A DNA stretch of 64,000 bases from Candidatus Micrarchaeota archaeon (GTDB taxonomy: Archaea; Micrarchaeota; Micrarchaeia; Micrarchaeales; Micrarchaeaceae), in contig JAGWHU010000001.1 of assembly GCA_028866575.1 (NCBI GenBank), positions 197 to 64,196 of the forward strand, written 5' to 3'. Shown in pieces: positions 8,252-17,501 of this stretch. How positions within the stretch are numbered: position 1 is the first letter of the stretch; the number at the start of each line of letters is the position of its first letter. Position numbers and translations under genes: made by a program. The notes under the pieces were generated by a model, which was not told where the DNA came from, made no database searches, and saw nothing but the letters and a program-made list of their open reading frames with translations.

Positions 8252-9556
8252 GTGATAAATTTGCAGGATTACAAAAGTTTCATTAGGGAGGCTGTTGAGC
8301 AATATGGCAAGCTGCCGCAAGAAACAAGCGAGCTTTACAAGCACCATTACGTGAACATACCATTTGATCTTAAGGCATTCAGTGGCAACCAGCAGGACGG
8401 CGATCCCATAAAGAGTTCCGTAAACCTATGGGCGTCAAAGCTGGGGATAAGGTTCGGTCTGGCTTTGGGAAGCCTTGATTCAATAGTAAATAATGACCTT
8501 GTCAGAGTGGAGAGGACAGAGAGCCTTGACAGCTCTTTGATCAACAGCATGTTTAAAAGCGAAGAGGACAAATACGTTGCCTACATAAATTCCAATTCGG
8601 AAAGATCCGTTTTTGTAAACGTACCGGAAGGTAAATCGGCAAGCATCAACATAATGCTGCTAAATTCTTCCAAACCGCTCAATGCAAGAATATTCATTAA
8701 TGTAGGGGACGGCGCGAAGCTTAACGTGCTTGAATACTACGGCTCAGCCGCATCCATGCCCACCTCGCTTGGGGTAATTCATGAAGCAAGCATAGGTAAT
8801 GGCTCTGAGCTAGAGCTGAATGCCGTGCATAACGAGGATGCCAATACCTTATGCCTGGGCTTCTGCAAAAACAGGATAGGTGAGAGGTCCCATTTCAGGT
8901 TCAACTCATTTTACAACGGCTCATCGCACACGAGGATCAGGAACTCTGTAAGGGCAGACGGCAATGAAAGCAAGGTGGACGTAAATGAGGCGATATTCGG
9001 ATCCGCAAAACAGAAGTTCGACATAAACACATACATAATAAATGCTGCCAAGCACACCCATGCGAGCCTCGAATCCAAGGCTGCGCTAATGGACGAGTCT
9101 TTCTGCATAATGAAAGGGTTTGCAAAGATACTGAATGGCGCAGCCAAGGCAAGGTCTTACGTTCACGAAAGGGGCATACTGCTCGACAAGGGCGCTAAGG
9201 TTGACGGCCTGCCAGATATGTCCGTAGATGAAAATGACGTAAAGGCGACGCATTCTTCAGCCACTGCGCCTGTCGATCCCGAATCCGTTTTTTACCTCAT
9301 GTCGAAGGGAATTGGAGGGGAAGGGGTCAGGAAATTGCTTGTAACAGGATTCTTTGCGGAGAGCATTTCAAGGATAGGCAATCCCCTAATGAGGGAAATC
9401 TCGATGTCTTTGATAAACAGCAAGCTCGCGGAAAGGAATTACGGGAGCATGCCGAGCATGGACACGAGGAACATTTGGGTGGGATTGGGAGGAGCCCAGG
9501 ATGCCCCGGAATCCGACATGTTTAAAGGGCACTACAAGTATAGGGGAACCGAATAG
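8252..9556 (+). CDS. sufD: Fe-S cluster assembly protein SufD
   Basis: 434 aa. GTG start. C-terminal region homologous to SufB/SufD (…HSSATAPVDPESVFYLMSKGI…). Follows sufB. Confidence 0.75.
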   Translation: MINLQDYKSFIREAVEQYGKLPQETSELYKHHYVNIPFDLKAFSGNQQDGDPIKSSVNLWASKLGIRFGLALGSLDSIVNNDLVRVERTESLDSSLINSMFKSEEDKYVAYINSNSERSVFVNVPEGKSASINIMLLNSSKPLNARIFINVGDGAKLNVLEYYGSAASMPTSLGVIHEASIGNGSELELNAVHNEDANTLCLGFCKNRIGERSHFRFNSFYNGSSHTRIRNSVRADGNESKVDVNEAIFGSAKQKFDINTYIINAAKHTHASLESKAALMDESFCIMKGFAKILNGAAKARSYVHERGILLDKGAKVDGLPDMSVDENDVKATHSSATAPVDPESVFYLMSKGIGGEGVRKLLVTGFFAESISRIGNPLMREISMSLINSKLAERNYGSMPSMDTRNIWVGLGGAQDAPESDMFKGHYKYRGTE

Positions 9557-9564
9557 GCGATAAC

Positions 9565-9876
9565 ATGATGACTGACTATGAGAGGGTCGTAAAGAGCTTC
9601 ATACCTGCTTTCAGGCTGAAGGCAGCAAAGATTATGCTCAAGGAATATGGAATAAAGCAGCAGCAGGCTGCAGTTATCTTAGGGACGACGCAGGCCGCAA
9701 TAAGCAAATACCTGAAGGAAAATCCAGGAAAATACGAAAATATCAAGATAGATTCAAAATCCTTGAGGGATTTTGTTGAAAGAATGAAAGAGAACAACGA
9801 GCATGAGGGACAAAAGGTAATGTGCAACGTATGCCAGAGCAACAAGAAGTTCGATTGCGCTTTTATAGTTAAATGA
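9565..9876 (+). CDS. small HTH transcriptional regulator with C-terminal Cys cluster, embedded in the suf operon
   Basis: 103 aa. HTH-like QQQAAVILGTTQAAISKYL. C-terminal C-x2-C-x7-C (CNVCQSNKKFDC). Confidence 0.5.
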   Translation: MMTDYERVVKSFIPAFRLKAAKIMLKEYGIKQQQAAVILGTTQAAISKYLKENPGKYENIKIDSKSLRDFVERMKENNEHEGQKVMCNVCQSNKKFDCAFIVK

Positions 9877-9885
9877 AGTGGTTAG

Positions 9886-10626
9886 ATGATGCTGGAAATA
9901 AAGGATCTGCATGTAAGCGTGGAAGGCAAGGAGATAATAAAGGGGCTCAACCTCAGGATGAAGCAGGGGGAGACGCACGTGATCATGGGGCCTAACGGCT
10001 CTGGAAAGAGCACGCTTGCAAGGACCATAATGGGGCACCCGAAATCCGTAGTCACGAAGGGGGACATACTCGTAGACAATCAGAGCATCCTGGGCCTGAC
10101 TACTGACAGGCGTGCAAAGTTGGGGCTTTTCATGCAATTCCAGAATCCCGTAGAAGTCGAGGGCGTCGGGTTCATCAATTTCCTCCACCTTGCGAAGCAG
10201 TCTTCAGGCGATAGCGCAGTAAGCACAAAGGACTTTATGAAGGACATAAAGAGCAACATAAGCGAGCTGAAGATGGGCGAGGATTTCCTCGGAAGGTCCT
10301 TAAACCAGGGATTCTCCGGAGGCGAAAAGAAAAAGGCGGAAGTGCTGCAGCTATCGATACTGAAGCCCAAGATAGCGATCCTTGACGAGCCGGATTCGGG
10401 GCTTGACATAGACGCGATAAAGGTTGTATCGAATTCAGTGAACAATCTTGCGGAAAGGATTGACTTGGGGTTGCTCATAATAACCCACTACAGCAGGATA
10501 CTTTCGTTCATAAAGCCGCAGGTTGTGCACGTCATGGTGGACGGCAATATAGTTGCGGAAGGGGGGAACGAGCTCATAGAAAAGCTTGAAAAAGAGGGCT
10601 ACAATACATATATAGATCCTAAATAG
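9886..10626 (+). CDS. sufC: Fe-S cluster assembly ATPase SufC
   Basis: 246 aa. Walker A GPNGSGKST. ABC signature FSGGEKKK. Walker B ILDEPDSGLD. Confidence 0.85.
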   Translation: MMLEIKDLHVSVEGKEIIKGLNLRMKQGETHVIMGPNGSGKSTLARTIMGHPKSVVTKGDILVDNQSILGLTTDRRAKLGLFMQFQNPVEVEGVGFINFLHLAKQSSGDSAVSTKDFMKDIKSNISELKMGEDFLGRSLNQGFSGGEKKKAEVLQLSILKPKIAILDEPDSGLDIDAIKVVSNSVNNLAERIDLGLLIITHYSRILSFIKPQVVHVMVDGNIVAEGGNELIEKLEKEGYNTYIDPK

Positions 10627-10627
10627 T

Positions 10628-11905
10628 GTGAAAATGGCGGAGAGCATAAAGTACTCAAAAAATGAATTCAAGGTCGAAAATATAAGGGCTGATTTCCCGA
10701 ACCTGAAGGTGGAAATGAACGGGAAACCCCTTGTTTATCTTGACAGCGCGGCAACCTCGCAAAGGCCGCGGCAGGTACTTGAGGCAATGGACGGCTACTA
10801 CAAGACCTACAATGCAAACATACACCGCGGAATATACAGGATTGCGGAAAAGGCAACGGAGGAGTACATAGATTCCAAAAACAAGGTTGCAAAGTTCATA
10901 AACGGAAGCTCAATTGAGGAGATAGTATACGTAAGGAACGCAACGGAGGCCATAAACCTCGTGGCGCTTTCATGGGGCAACATGAACATAGAAAAGGAGG
11001 ACCACATACTCATATCCGAGATGGAGCACCATAGCAACATGGTCCCTTGGATGCTGCTTGCAAAGAGGAAGGGCGCTTCGCTCGACTACATACCGCTTGA
11101 CAGGACCAACAGCAAACTGGACATGGCCGGATTCAATAAGATGCTGGACAAAAATCCGAAGATAGTTGCAGTTACGCATGCCTCGAACGTGCTAGGCACT
11201 GTCAACGACGTAAAGGAGATAACGAAAAAGGCACACAAGAAAGGCGCAAAGGTCCTGATCGACGGCGCGCAGTCTGTGCCGCACATGAAAGTTGACGTTA
11301 GAGAAATAGATTCTGACTTTTTCGCCTTCTCCGCGCACAAGATGCTAGGCCCGACCGGGCTCGGGGTTCTGCATGCAAAGGCCGAGATACTCAATGGCAT
11401 GGATCCGGTTATCGGAGGAGGGGACATGATAAAGAGCGTAAAATACGATTCCTGCAGCTGGAACGACCTGCCGTGGAAGTTCGAGGCTGGGACCCCGAAT
11501 ATAGCAGGTGCAATAGGGCTTGGGGCTGCAATAGACTATCTAGAATATTTCGGAATGGATAGCATAAGGGAGCATGAAAAGGAGCTTACAGCATACGCGC
11601 TTGAGAAACTCACGAAGGTGAAAAATGTCACCATATACGGCCCCGGAATCAAGGATCTTGATGCCAGGCTCGGGGTCATAGCATTCAGCATCGACAAAGT
11701 GCATCCGCATGATGTGGCGCAGGTACTTGATGCAGAAGGGGTAGCGATAAGGGCAGGGCATCATTGCGCCATGCCGCTGGTGACCCAAAAGCTCGGGGTT
11801 CCAGCTTTGTCAAGGATGAGTTTCTACATCTATAACAAGGAATCAGAAATAGATGCGGCAGTGGAGGCATTGGAGAAGGTCAAAAAGGTATTCAAGGTTG
11901 TGTGA
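10628..11905 (+). CDS. sufS: cysteine desulfurase SufS (class V aminotransferase)
   Basis: 425 aa. PLP-lysine motif FSAHKMLGPTGLG. C-terminal RAGHHCA active-site Cys motif. Confidence 0.8.
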   Translation: MKMAESIKYSKNEFKVENIRADFPNLKVEMNGKPLVYLDSAATSQRPRQVLEAMDGYYKTYNANIHRGIYRIAEKATEEYIDSKNKVAKFINGSSIEEIVYVRNATEAINLVALSWGNMNIEKEDHILISEMEHHSNMVPWMLLAKRKGASLDYIPLDRTNSKLDMAGFNKMLDKNPKIVAVTHASNVLGTVNDVKEITKKAHKKGAKVLIDGAQSVPHMKVDVREIDSDFFAFSAHKMLGPTGLGVLHAKAEILNGMDPVIGGGDMIKSVKYDSCSWNDLPWKFEAGTPNIAGAIGLGAAIDYLEYFGMDSIREHEKELTAYALEKLTKVKNVTIYGPGIKDLDARLGVIAFSIDKVHPHDVAQVLDAEGVAIRAGHHCAMPLVTQKLGVPALSRMSFYIYNKESEIDAAVEALEKVKKVFKVV

Positions 11906-11909
11906 TTGC

Positions 11910-12314
11910 ATGCCGATAGACATTTATGCGGAGGAGATAATAGCACATTACGAGAAGCCCCACAACATAGGGGAAATTCAGAACCCCAGCATCAGCTTCC
12001 ATAACAACAATCCGCTGTGCGGGGACGACCTGACAATGTACTTGATGATAGATGGGAACAAGGTGCAGGATGTGAAGTTCAAAGGCACGGGATGTGCGAT
12101 AAGCATGGCAAGCGCGAGCATGCTTACTGATTTTGCAAAAGGGAAGACCCTAAAGGAGATAGAGGACATGAACGTGGATACCATAATAGATCTTTTAGGG
12201 ATAGATCCGGGCCCTGCCAGGCTCAAGTGCGCTACGCTGTCCTTACGAACGCTGAAAGAGGCCACGTTCTTGTATGAGCACAAGGAAGTGGACAGGGAAA
12301 CAAAGGAGCTTTAG
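11910..12314 (+). CDS. sufU: SufU/IscU-like Fe-S scaffold protein
   Basis: About 134 aa from the ATG at 11910 (the ORF-track start at 11853 overlaps sufS). NPLCGDDL…GTGCAIS motifs of the NifU-N/IscU family. Confidence 0.7.
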   Translation: MPIDIYAEEIIAHYEKPHNIGEIQNPSISFHNNNPLCGDDLTMYLMIDGNKVQDVKFKGTGCAISMASASMLTDFAKGKTLKEIEDMNVDTIIDLLGIDPGPARLKCATLSLRTLKEATFLYEHKEVDRETKEL

Positions 12315-12346
12315 GCTGTAAGCAATTCTAAGATTCGTAAATGAAG

Positions 12347-12419
12347 TAGCCCCGACCGGATTCGAACCGATGTAAACGGGTCCAAAGCCCGCTATCCTTG
12401 GCCACTAGATGACGGGGCT
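12347..12419 (-). tRNA. tRNA-Gln (anticodon UUG)
   Basis: 73 nt. Acceptor AGCCCCG/CGGGGCT. Anticodon arm GCGGG-CTTTGGA-CCCGT. T-arm ATCGG-TTCGAAT-CCGGT. Confidence 0.7.
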
Positions 12420-12473
12420 GCAGTAAGTCATTTGTTTTTGGTGATATATAAACTAAAATATTTTGGTATATAC

Positions 12474-13328
12474 TTACCTTTCAAATAATGACATTAATAT
12501 TAGGTACGCGTGCCGTTGCTCGATCATTCTCCTGTATGCGAATTTTATCCAGTCGCTGCCGAATGGAAGGTATATGTATACCTTTTGCCCTTGGTTTGCA
12601 AGGTATCTTGCGTATCCGTTCCTTATCCCGTTTAGCATTGCGAAATCCATCTTCCTTTTGTACCTTTTATTCAGTTTTATCGCCCTTTCTATGATGCGTA
12701 TGTCATGTGTTGCGATCATGAATTCATTGGAATGCTTGAATAGCATATCCATCAAGAGCATGTAGTTATGTGTTGCAGCCTTTCTTGAATCGAATATCCC
12801 GTCGTCCTTTATCTTATATGCACCTTTCACAAGCCTTATCTTGGCCTTGCGTTTGATAAGCTCCTTGATGTCCGATTCGCTCCTTTTCAGGTATGACTGT
12901 ATGCATATGCCCGTATTCCCATACCTGAGTGCTGACTTGTAAACCCTTATCGTATCGCTTACGCACTTGGGGGATTCCATGTCGAGCCATACGAACACGC
13001 CGTTTTCCCTTGCAAGTCTCACCAGCTCAAGGTAATTGCGGCGCATTTCGCCGTAGCTTATCGAGAGGCCTATTTGCGTCGGTTTTAACGATATCTGGGC
13101 TTTGAGTTTTTTTCTCTTTATCTCCTTTATCAACTGGGTGTAAGTACGCATCGTTTCCTTTATTTTATAGCGGTCCGACAGATCCTCCCCAAGAAAATTT
13201 ATGGACGTGCCTATGCCTTTTGAATTGAGGAATGCCGTCCTGTCTACCGCGTCTTTCAGATAATATCCCGCAATCCATTTTCCCGCAATAAATTTTTCTG
13301 CGCTAGCATTCAAGTTCAAACTTACCAT
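12474..13328 (-). CDS. proline dehydrogenase family protein
   Basis: 284 aa. ProDH-type motifs (…VWLDMES…, …RLVKGAY…, …FMIATHD…). Confidence 0.65.
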   Translation of the reverse strand: MVSLNLNASAEKFIAGKWIAGYYLKDAVDRTAFLNSKGIGTSINFLGEDLSDRYKIKETMRTYTQLIKEIKRKKLKAQISLKPTQIGLSISYGEMRRNYLELVRLARENGVFVWLDMESPKCVSDTIRVYKSALRYGNTGICIQSYLKRSESDIKELIKRKAKIRLVKGAYKIKDDGIFDSRKAATHNYMLLMDMLFKHSNEFMIATHDIRIIERAIKLNKRYKRKMDFAMLNGIRNGYARYLANQGQKVYIYLPFGSDWIKFAYRRMIEQRHAYLILMSLFER

Positions 13329-13918
13329 CGGATCCCTGTTTTTTTCAGCCCTTTTACAAGATCTGAATAGCCTGTGAATTGTATTACGCCTATGCCTACC
13401 CTCCTGGCTCCGTCAGTATTTCTCTTTAAGTTATCTACAAATATCGTTTCGTGTGGCTTGGCGTTCATCTTTTTGAGCACGAACCTGTATATTCTGCCGT
13501 CTGGCTTTGCCATTCTCAGGTAGCATGATGTGAACATCTTGTCGTATTTTACGTTTTTCAGGTATCTTTCCATCTTTGCAATATGCCTGCTCCTGCTCAC
13601 ATTGGTCAATATTGCGATGTCGTATTTTTTTGACAGCTTTGCTATCAATTTTATGACGTTTCCGTTCAACCGGTTTAGTTTCGTGAAAGCCACATCCCAC
13701 TCCAGGCTTTTTTTGGTCACGCCGAACTTCCTTGAAAGCGCTTCTTCAAGCTGCACCAGGTTTAATTTCCCTACTTCCATTTTGTCGAGCATCGGGATTA
13801 ATGCACCCTTGAATTCCTTCGGGTCAATATCTAGTTTCCTTGATATGTATTCCACATACTGGCTCTCGTCAAAAGTATCTATCACGCCGCCTACATCGAA
13901 TATTATTAACTTGATCAT
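13322..13918 (-). CDS. HAD-superfamily hydrolase
   Basis: 198 aa. N-terminal motif I MIKLIIFDVGGVI (DxG). Confidence 0.65.
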   Translation of the reverse strand: MIKLIIFDVGGVIDTFDESQYVEYISRKLDIDPKEFKGALIPMLDKMEVGKLNLVQLEEALSRKFGVTKKSLEWDVAFTKLNRLNGNVIKLIAKLSKKYDIAILTNVSRSRHIAKMERYLKNVKYDKMFTSCYLRMAKPDGRIYRFVLKKMNAKPHETIFVDNLKRNTDGARRVGIGVIQFTGYSDLVKGLKKTGIRW

Positions 13919-13970
13919 CTCAATATCATCTTATATTTTAATAGACAGCATTAATAATAAAGTTGATTTT

Positions 13971-14891
13971 ATGAAGACCGTCGTCATCGCGCTTGGAGGA
14001 AATGCGCTGCTTGATCCTTCCGGCAAGCAGTCCTTTTCCATGGAAAACGAAAACATAGGTAGGGTCTCAAAAAGCATTGCAGAGTTATGCAAAAACAGGA
14101 ACTACAGGGTTGTCATAACACATGGCAATGGATCACAGGTTGGCGACGAGCTCATGAGGAACGAGCATGCAAAGATGCAAGTCCCGAAGCTCCCGCTGTA
14201 CATCTTAAATGCCGAAACACAGGCCCTGATAGGAAGCATACTGGAAACCTCGTTGCGCAACAGCCTCAATGCAATGAAAGTGCGAAGGAGCGTTTGCGTA
14301 ATACTAGCGCACGTCCTGGTTGATAAGGAGGATGGCGCTTTCAGGAACCCATCCAAGCAGATAGGCCCCTTTTATGGGAATAAGGAATTGGGACGGGAGC
14401 TTGCGCTCGGCAGATTTGACTACATAAAGTCCGGCTCAAAGTATCGCCGGGTGGTTTCATCCCCCAAGCCGAAGGGCATCCTTGAATTGGACCCCATAAA
14501 ATCGGAGGTTTCAAGGCATATTGTGATAACCTGTGGTGGTGGAGGGATACCTACAGTGAGGAAGGGTAAAATGTTTTATGGGATCGATGCTGTGATTGAC
14601 AAGGACCTTACAACGCAGCTGCTTGCCAATTCAATAAATGCCGAAAAGATGATAATACTCACGAATACTGACTATGTTTATGGGAATTACGGCAAGCATG
14701 CGAATAGGATAAAGGAGGTAAGGGCAAGTACAATCAAAAGGCGCCTTGAAAAATTTGAAAACGGTACGATAAGGCCCAAGATTGAGGCTTGCGTGAGGTT
14801 CATAGAGAATGGAGGAAAGGAGGCATACATAGGGGATGTTTTCAGCCTTGACGCCATATTGAAAAGAAAATCTGGAACGATGATTCACTGA
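13971..14891 (+). CDS. arcC: carbamate kinase
   Basis: In-frame ATG at 13971 gives MKTVVIALGGNALL… (carbamate-kinase N-terminal signature) and …IVITHGNGSQVG…. The 5' extension of the ORF-track entry overlaps the HAD gene on the other strand. Confidence 0.75.
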   Translation: MKTVVIALGGNALLDPSGKQSFSMENENIGRVSKSIAELCKNRNYRVVITHGNGSQVGDELMRNEHAKMQVPKLPLYILNAETQALIGSILETSLRNSLNAMKVRRSVCVILAHVLVDKEDGAFRNPSKQIGPFYGNKELGRELALGRFDYIKSGSKYRRVVSSPKPKGILELDPIKSEVSRHIVITCGGGGIPTVRKGKMFYGIDAVIDKDLTTQLLANSINAEKMIILTNTDYVYGNYGKHANRIKEVRASTIKRRLEKFENGTIRPKIEACVRFIENGGKEAYIGDVFSLDAILKRKSGTMIH

Positions 14892-14902
14892 GACTGCCAG
14901 TT

Positions 14903-15757
14903 TCATACCTTGAATACCAGGTATATTACACCGCTTGCCATTGCTATTATCCCCAATGCCGCAGTCACGTATACTATCTTTGATTTCCCGGCGACTTTGA
15001 CAAGGAAATCTATAAGGAATACGCTTATGATCGTTGCTGTAGCAATTGCGACCAGTAGTCCGACTATGCCTATGCTTGCCAATGCAGTAGTTACGTTCGC
15101 CCTTGATGCGACCAGGGTCAGGCCGAATGCAGCTATGGCCGCAAATATACCTATAAGGAAGGAAAGCCTGAACGCCTCGTCAGGCTCAACACCCATCACC
15201 AGCATTGTGCTCGTTGTTATGCCCGACCTGCTTACACCCGGTAGCGCAGCGATTCCCTGCGCTATGCCAACCAGTATGTAGTCTTTCATCTTTAGGTCCT
15301 TGAATTTCTTAGTGCCGGCGCCCTTACTCTGAATTTTTTTTGAATACCTTATCACCAGCGCATCCCCTATTAGGACAAGGCCTATTATCATCATTGGTAT
15401 TCCCAGGGATATCCCGGTTATTGAGTCCGCCACAAGGTAAAGCGGTGCGCCTATTATTCCAGTTGCTATCGTACTTACCAGGACATACTTGAAAAGCCTC
15501 CTGCCCTCCTCCGATTTCGATCCCAGCAGTACCCTTGCCAGTGTGGCTATGTCCTTCCTGAAATATATTATGGCCGCAAGGATTGTTCCTATTTCCATGA
15601 ACAGCCCGAACGTGTACGCCTGCTGGAAGTTCAGGTTAAGCAGGTAGTTTGACGCAACGAGAACCTGCGTCTTGCTGCTTATCGGAAGCCATTCGGATAT
15701 GCCCTGCACTACCCCTATTATAACGGAATACAGCAGATGGATTAGGGTGTTTTGCAT
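14903..15757 (-). CDS. uppP: undecaprenyl-diphosphatase (UppP/BacA family)
   Basis: 284 aa. 8 TM. Conserved LPGVSRSG motif. Confidence 0.75.
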   Translation of the reverse strand: MQNTLIHLLYSVIIGVVQGISEWLPISSKTQVLVASNYLLNLNFQQAYTFGLFMEIGTILAAIIYFRKDIATLARVLLGSKSEEGRRLFKYVLVSTIATGIIGAPLYLVADSITGISLGIPMMIIGLVLIGDALVIRYSKKIQSKGAGTKKFKDLKMKDYILVGIAQGIAALPGVSRSGITTSTMLVMGVEPDEAFRLSFLIGIFAAIAAFGLTLVASRANVTTALASIGIVGLLVAIATATIISVFLIDFLVKVAGKSKIVYVTAALGIIAMASGVIYLVFKV

Positions 15758-15889
15758 GCTAATACTTGTCCATAAAAGATTAAAAGCCTAATTAGTCCTG
15801 ATTTTTGATGCTGGATTTGGGGATTTGTAAAATCCAATAGAGACATATCGTATGTATTTAATTACTTTGTATGTTAATAACTAGGTATT

Positions 15890-16582
15890 ATGAACAGAGG
15901 GGTTTTTGGCTTAGTTTTCCTGCTGGCGTTAATGGTACCTTCGGCCTTGCTAGTTTCTTATGCGACCGGACCTACCGGCGTGGAAAACATAACGCTTTCT
16001 TCGCACTCCGTAAAGCTGTCGCCCGGAGGGAATGCAATAGTGAGTTACAGCCTTAATTACGTAAGCGGGTATTACCTGTATGGCACCGAGTTGTACGTTG
16101 TCGGATACAATCAGCTCGGCTCAGAAAACATAACCGTGCTGATCACGAACAAAAGCGGGAACCCGCCGATTAAAGGAACAATGTACATATTTTTATCGCA
16201 TGCATTGCAGCCAGGGACATACAACATAACTCTTGCGGGGAACAGCTCTGGTACCAAGGTAAACCCGGACACGCTGATACTGACAGTCCTCTCGCCCTAC
16301 AATACAACTACGCGCTCAACGGTGAGTGCGCCAACTTCCACAATTTATGGCTCCACAGGACCCAGCACGCAAGCAACAACAGCACCGCCGGGCTCTTCCA
16401 CGCCCAAATCAACAGTATATGCAACGCAGGGATCCCAGTCCCAGAATAACACAATGTATTACGCATTGGCAATCGTTGCGATAATCATACTGATAGCCAT
16501 AATCTTTGCATTTGGCAGGATGCGCAGGAAGGAAGAGGAAAAGCCAAAGAAGCAGCAAAATGCACAGCAGCCGAATGCTTGA
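15890..16582 (+). CDS. secreted Thr/Ser-rich surface protein with C-terminal TM anchor and basic tail
   Basis: Signal-peptide-like N-terminus. Many N-x-S/T sequons. Thr/Ser/Pro-rich stalk. C-terminal hydrophobic segment followed by RMRRKEEEKPKK. Confidence 0.55.
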   Translation: MNRGVFGLVFLLALMVPSALLVSYATGPTGVENITLSSHSVKLSPGGNAIVSYSLNYVSGYYLYGTELYVVGYNQLGSENITVLITNKSGNPPIKGTMYIFLSHALQPGTYNITLAGNSSGTKVNPDTLILTVLSPYNTTTRSTVSAPTSTIYGSTGPSTQATTAPPGSSTPKSTVYATQGSQSQNNTMYYALAIVAIIILIAIIFAFGRMRRKEEEKPKKQQNAQQPNA

Positions 16583-16606
16583 TGTGCCTACTGTTAGGTT
16601 ACCATC

Positions 16607-17446
16607 ATGTTGAAACCTTACGGCTATTTTGGGCTGGCCCTTGTAGTTTTTGCCGAGATAAATTTTTCGCTGAAGATACAGCCTTTTGCTGCGTGGTACA
16701 TACCAATAGTCTGGTACGGGTTCATCCTGTTTGTGGACAGCGTGGTCTTTAGGATAAAAAAGAAATCGATAATATCCACATATCCCAAGGAATTCGTGCT
16801 CATGCTCGTCGTTTCTGTGCCGTTTTGGCTGATATTTGAATTGTATAACTTTTTCACGGTCAGCTGGATATACACGAACTACGTCTGGTACTTGCACCTT
16901 GTAGATTTCACTACAATAATGCCAGCGGTGCTTGAGGTATTTTCGTTGATTAGTGCCCTTGGGATAGCTTCGAGCTTAGACTCTATGAAGAACCATGCAG
17001 GAAAGACGAGATCCAGTACACCGCTACAATCCGCTGTGATAAAATTTCTCGTAGCTGTGGGAGCATTTGCAGTGGTAATTCCAATACTTGCACCGGTAAT
17101 TGGTTTCCCTTTAATGTGGATAGGCATTTTCCTTTTTATAGATCCGCTCAACTATTTGACAGGAAAGCCAAGTATTATTGCAAAGGTCAGCAAGGGGTCG
17201 AAAGGCATTCTAATAAGGTTGTTCCTTTCAGGGATAGTGATGGGCTTCTTCTGGGAGTTCTGGAACTTCCAGGCTTATCCAAAATGGACTTACAATCTCC
17301 CATCATTCGTGCCTGCAATAAAGCTCTTCGAGATGCCTTTATTGGGCTATTTGGGCTACCTGCCCTTTGCCATAGAGGTATTTCTGTTCTATGCCTTATT
17401 GAGGTCTTTTGTGTTCAATTATGAAAACCCGCTGCTTTCCATGTAA
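16607..17446 (+). CDS. multi-pass membrane protein, unknown function
   Basis: 279 aa. About 7-8 hydrophobic segments. No recognisable catalytic motif. Confidence 0.45.
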   Translation: MLKPYGYFGLALVVFAEINFSLKIQPFAAWYIPIVWYGFILFVDSVVFRIKKKSIISTYPKEFVLMLVVSVPFWLIFELYNFFTVSWIYTNYVWYLHLVDFTTIMPAVLEVFSLISALGIASSLDSMKNHAGKTRSSTPLQSAVIKFLVAVGAFAVVIPILAPVIGFPLMWIGIFLFIDPLNYLTGKPSIIAKVSKGSKGILIRLFLSGIVMGFFWEFWNFQAYPKWTYNLPSFVPAIKLFEMPLLGYLGYLPFAIEVFLFYALLRSFVFNYENPLLSM

Positions 17447-17501
17447 AATATGCAGGTGCATGCAGGCCCTGCATCTAGCAGGCTTTTCAACAAGCACATA
17501 G

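Noticed and set aside
13530-13970. 5' extension of the carbamate kinase ORF (ORF-track start 13530)
   Set aside because: It overlaps the HAD hydrolase gene on the other strand and is itself low-complexity. The canonical carbamate-kinase N-terminus MKTVVIALGGNAL begins at the ATG at 13971.
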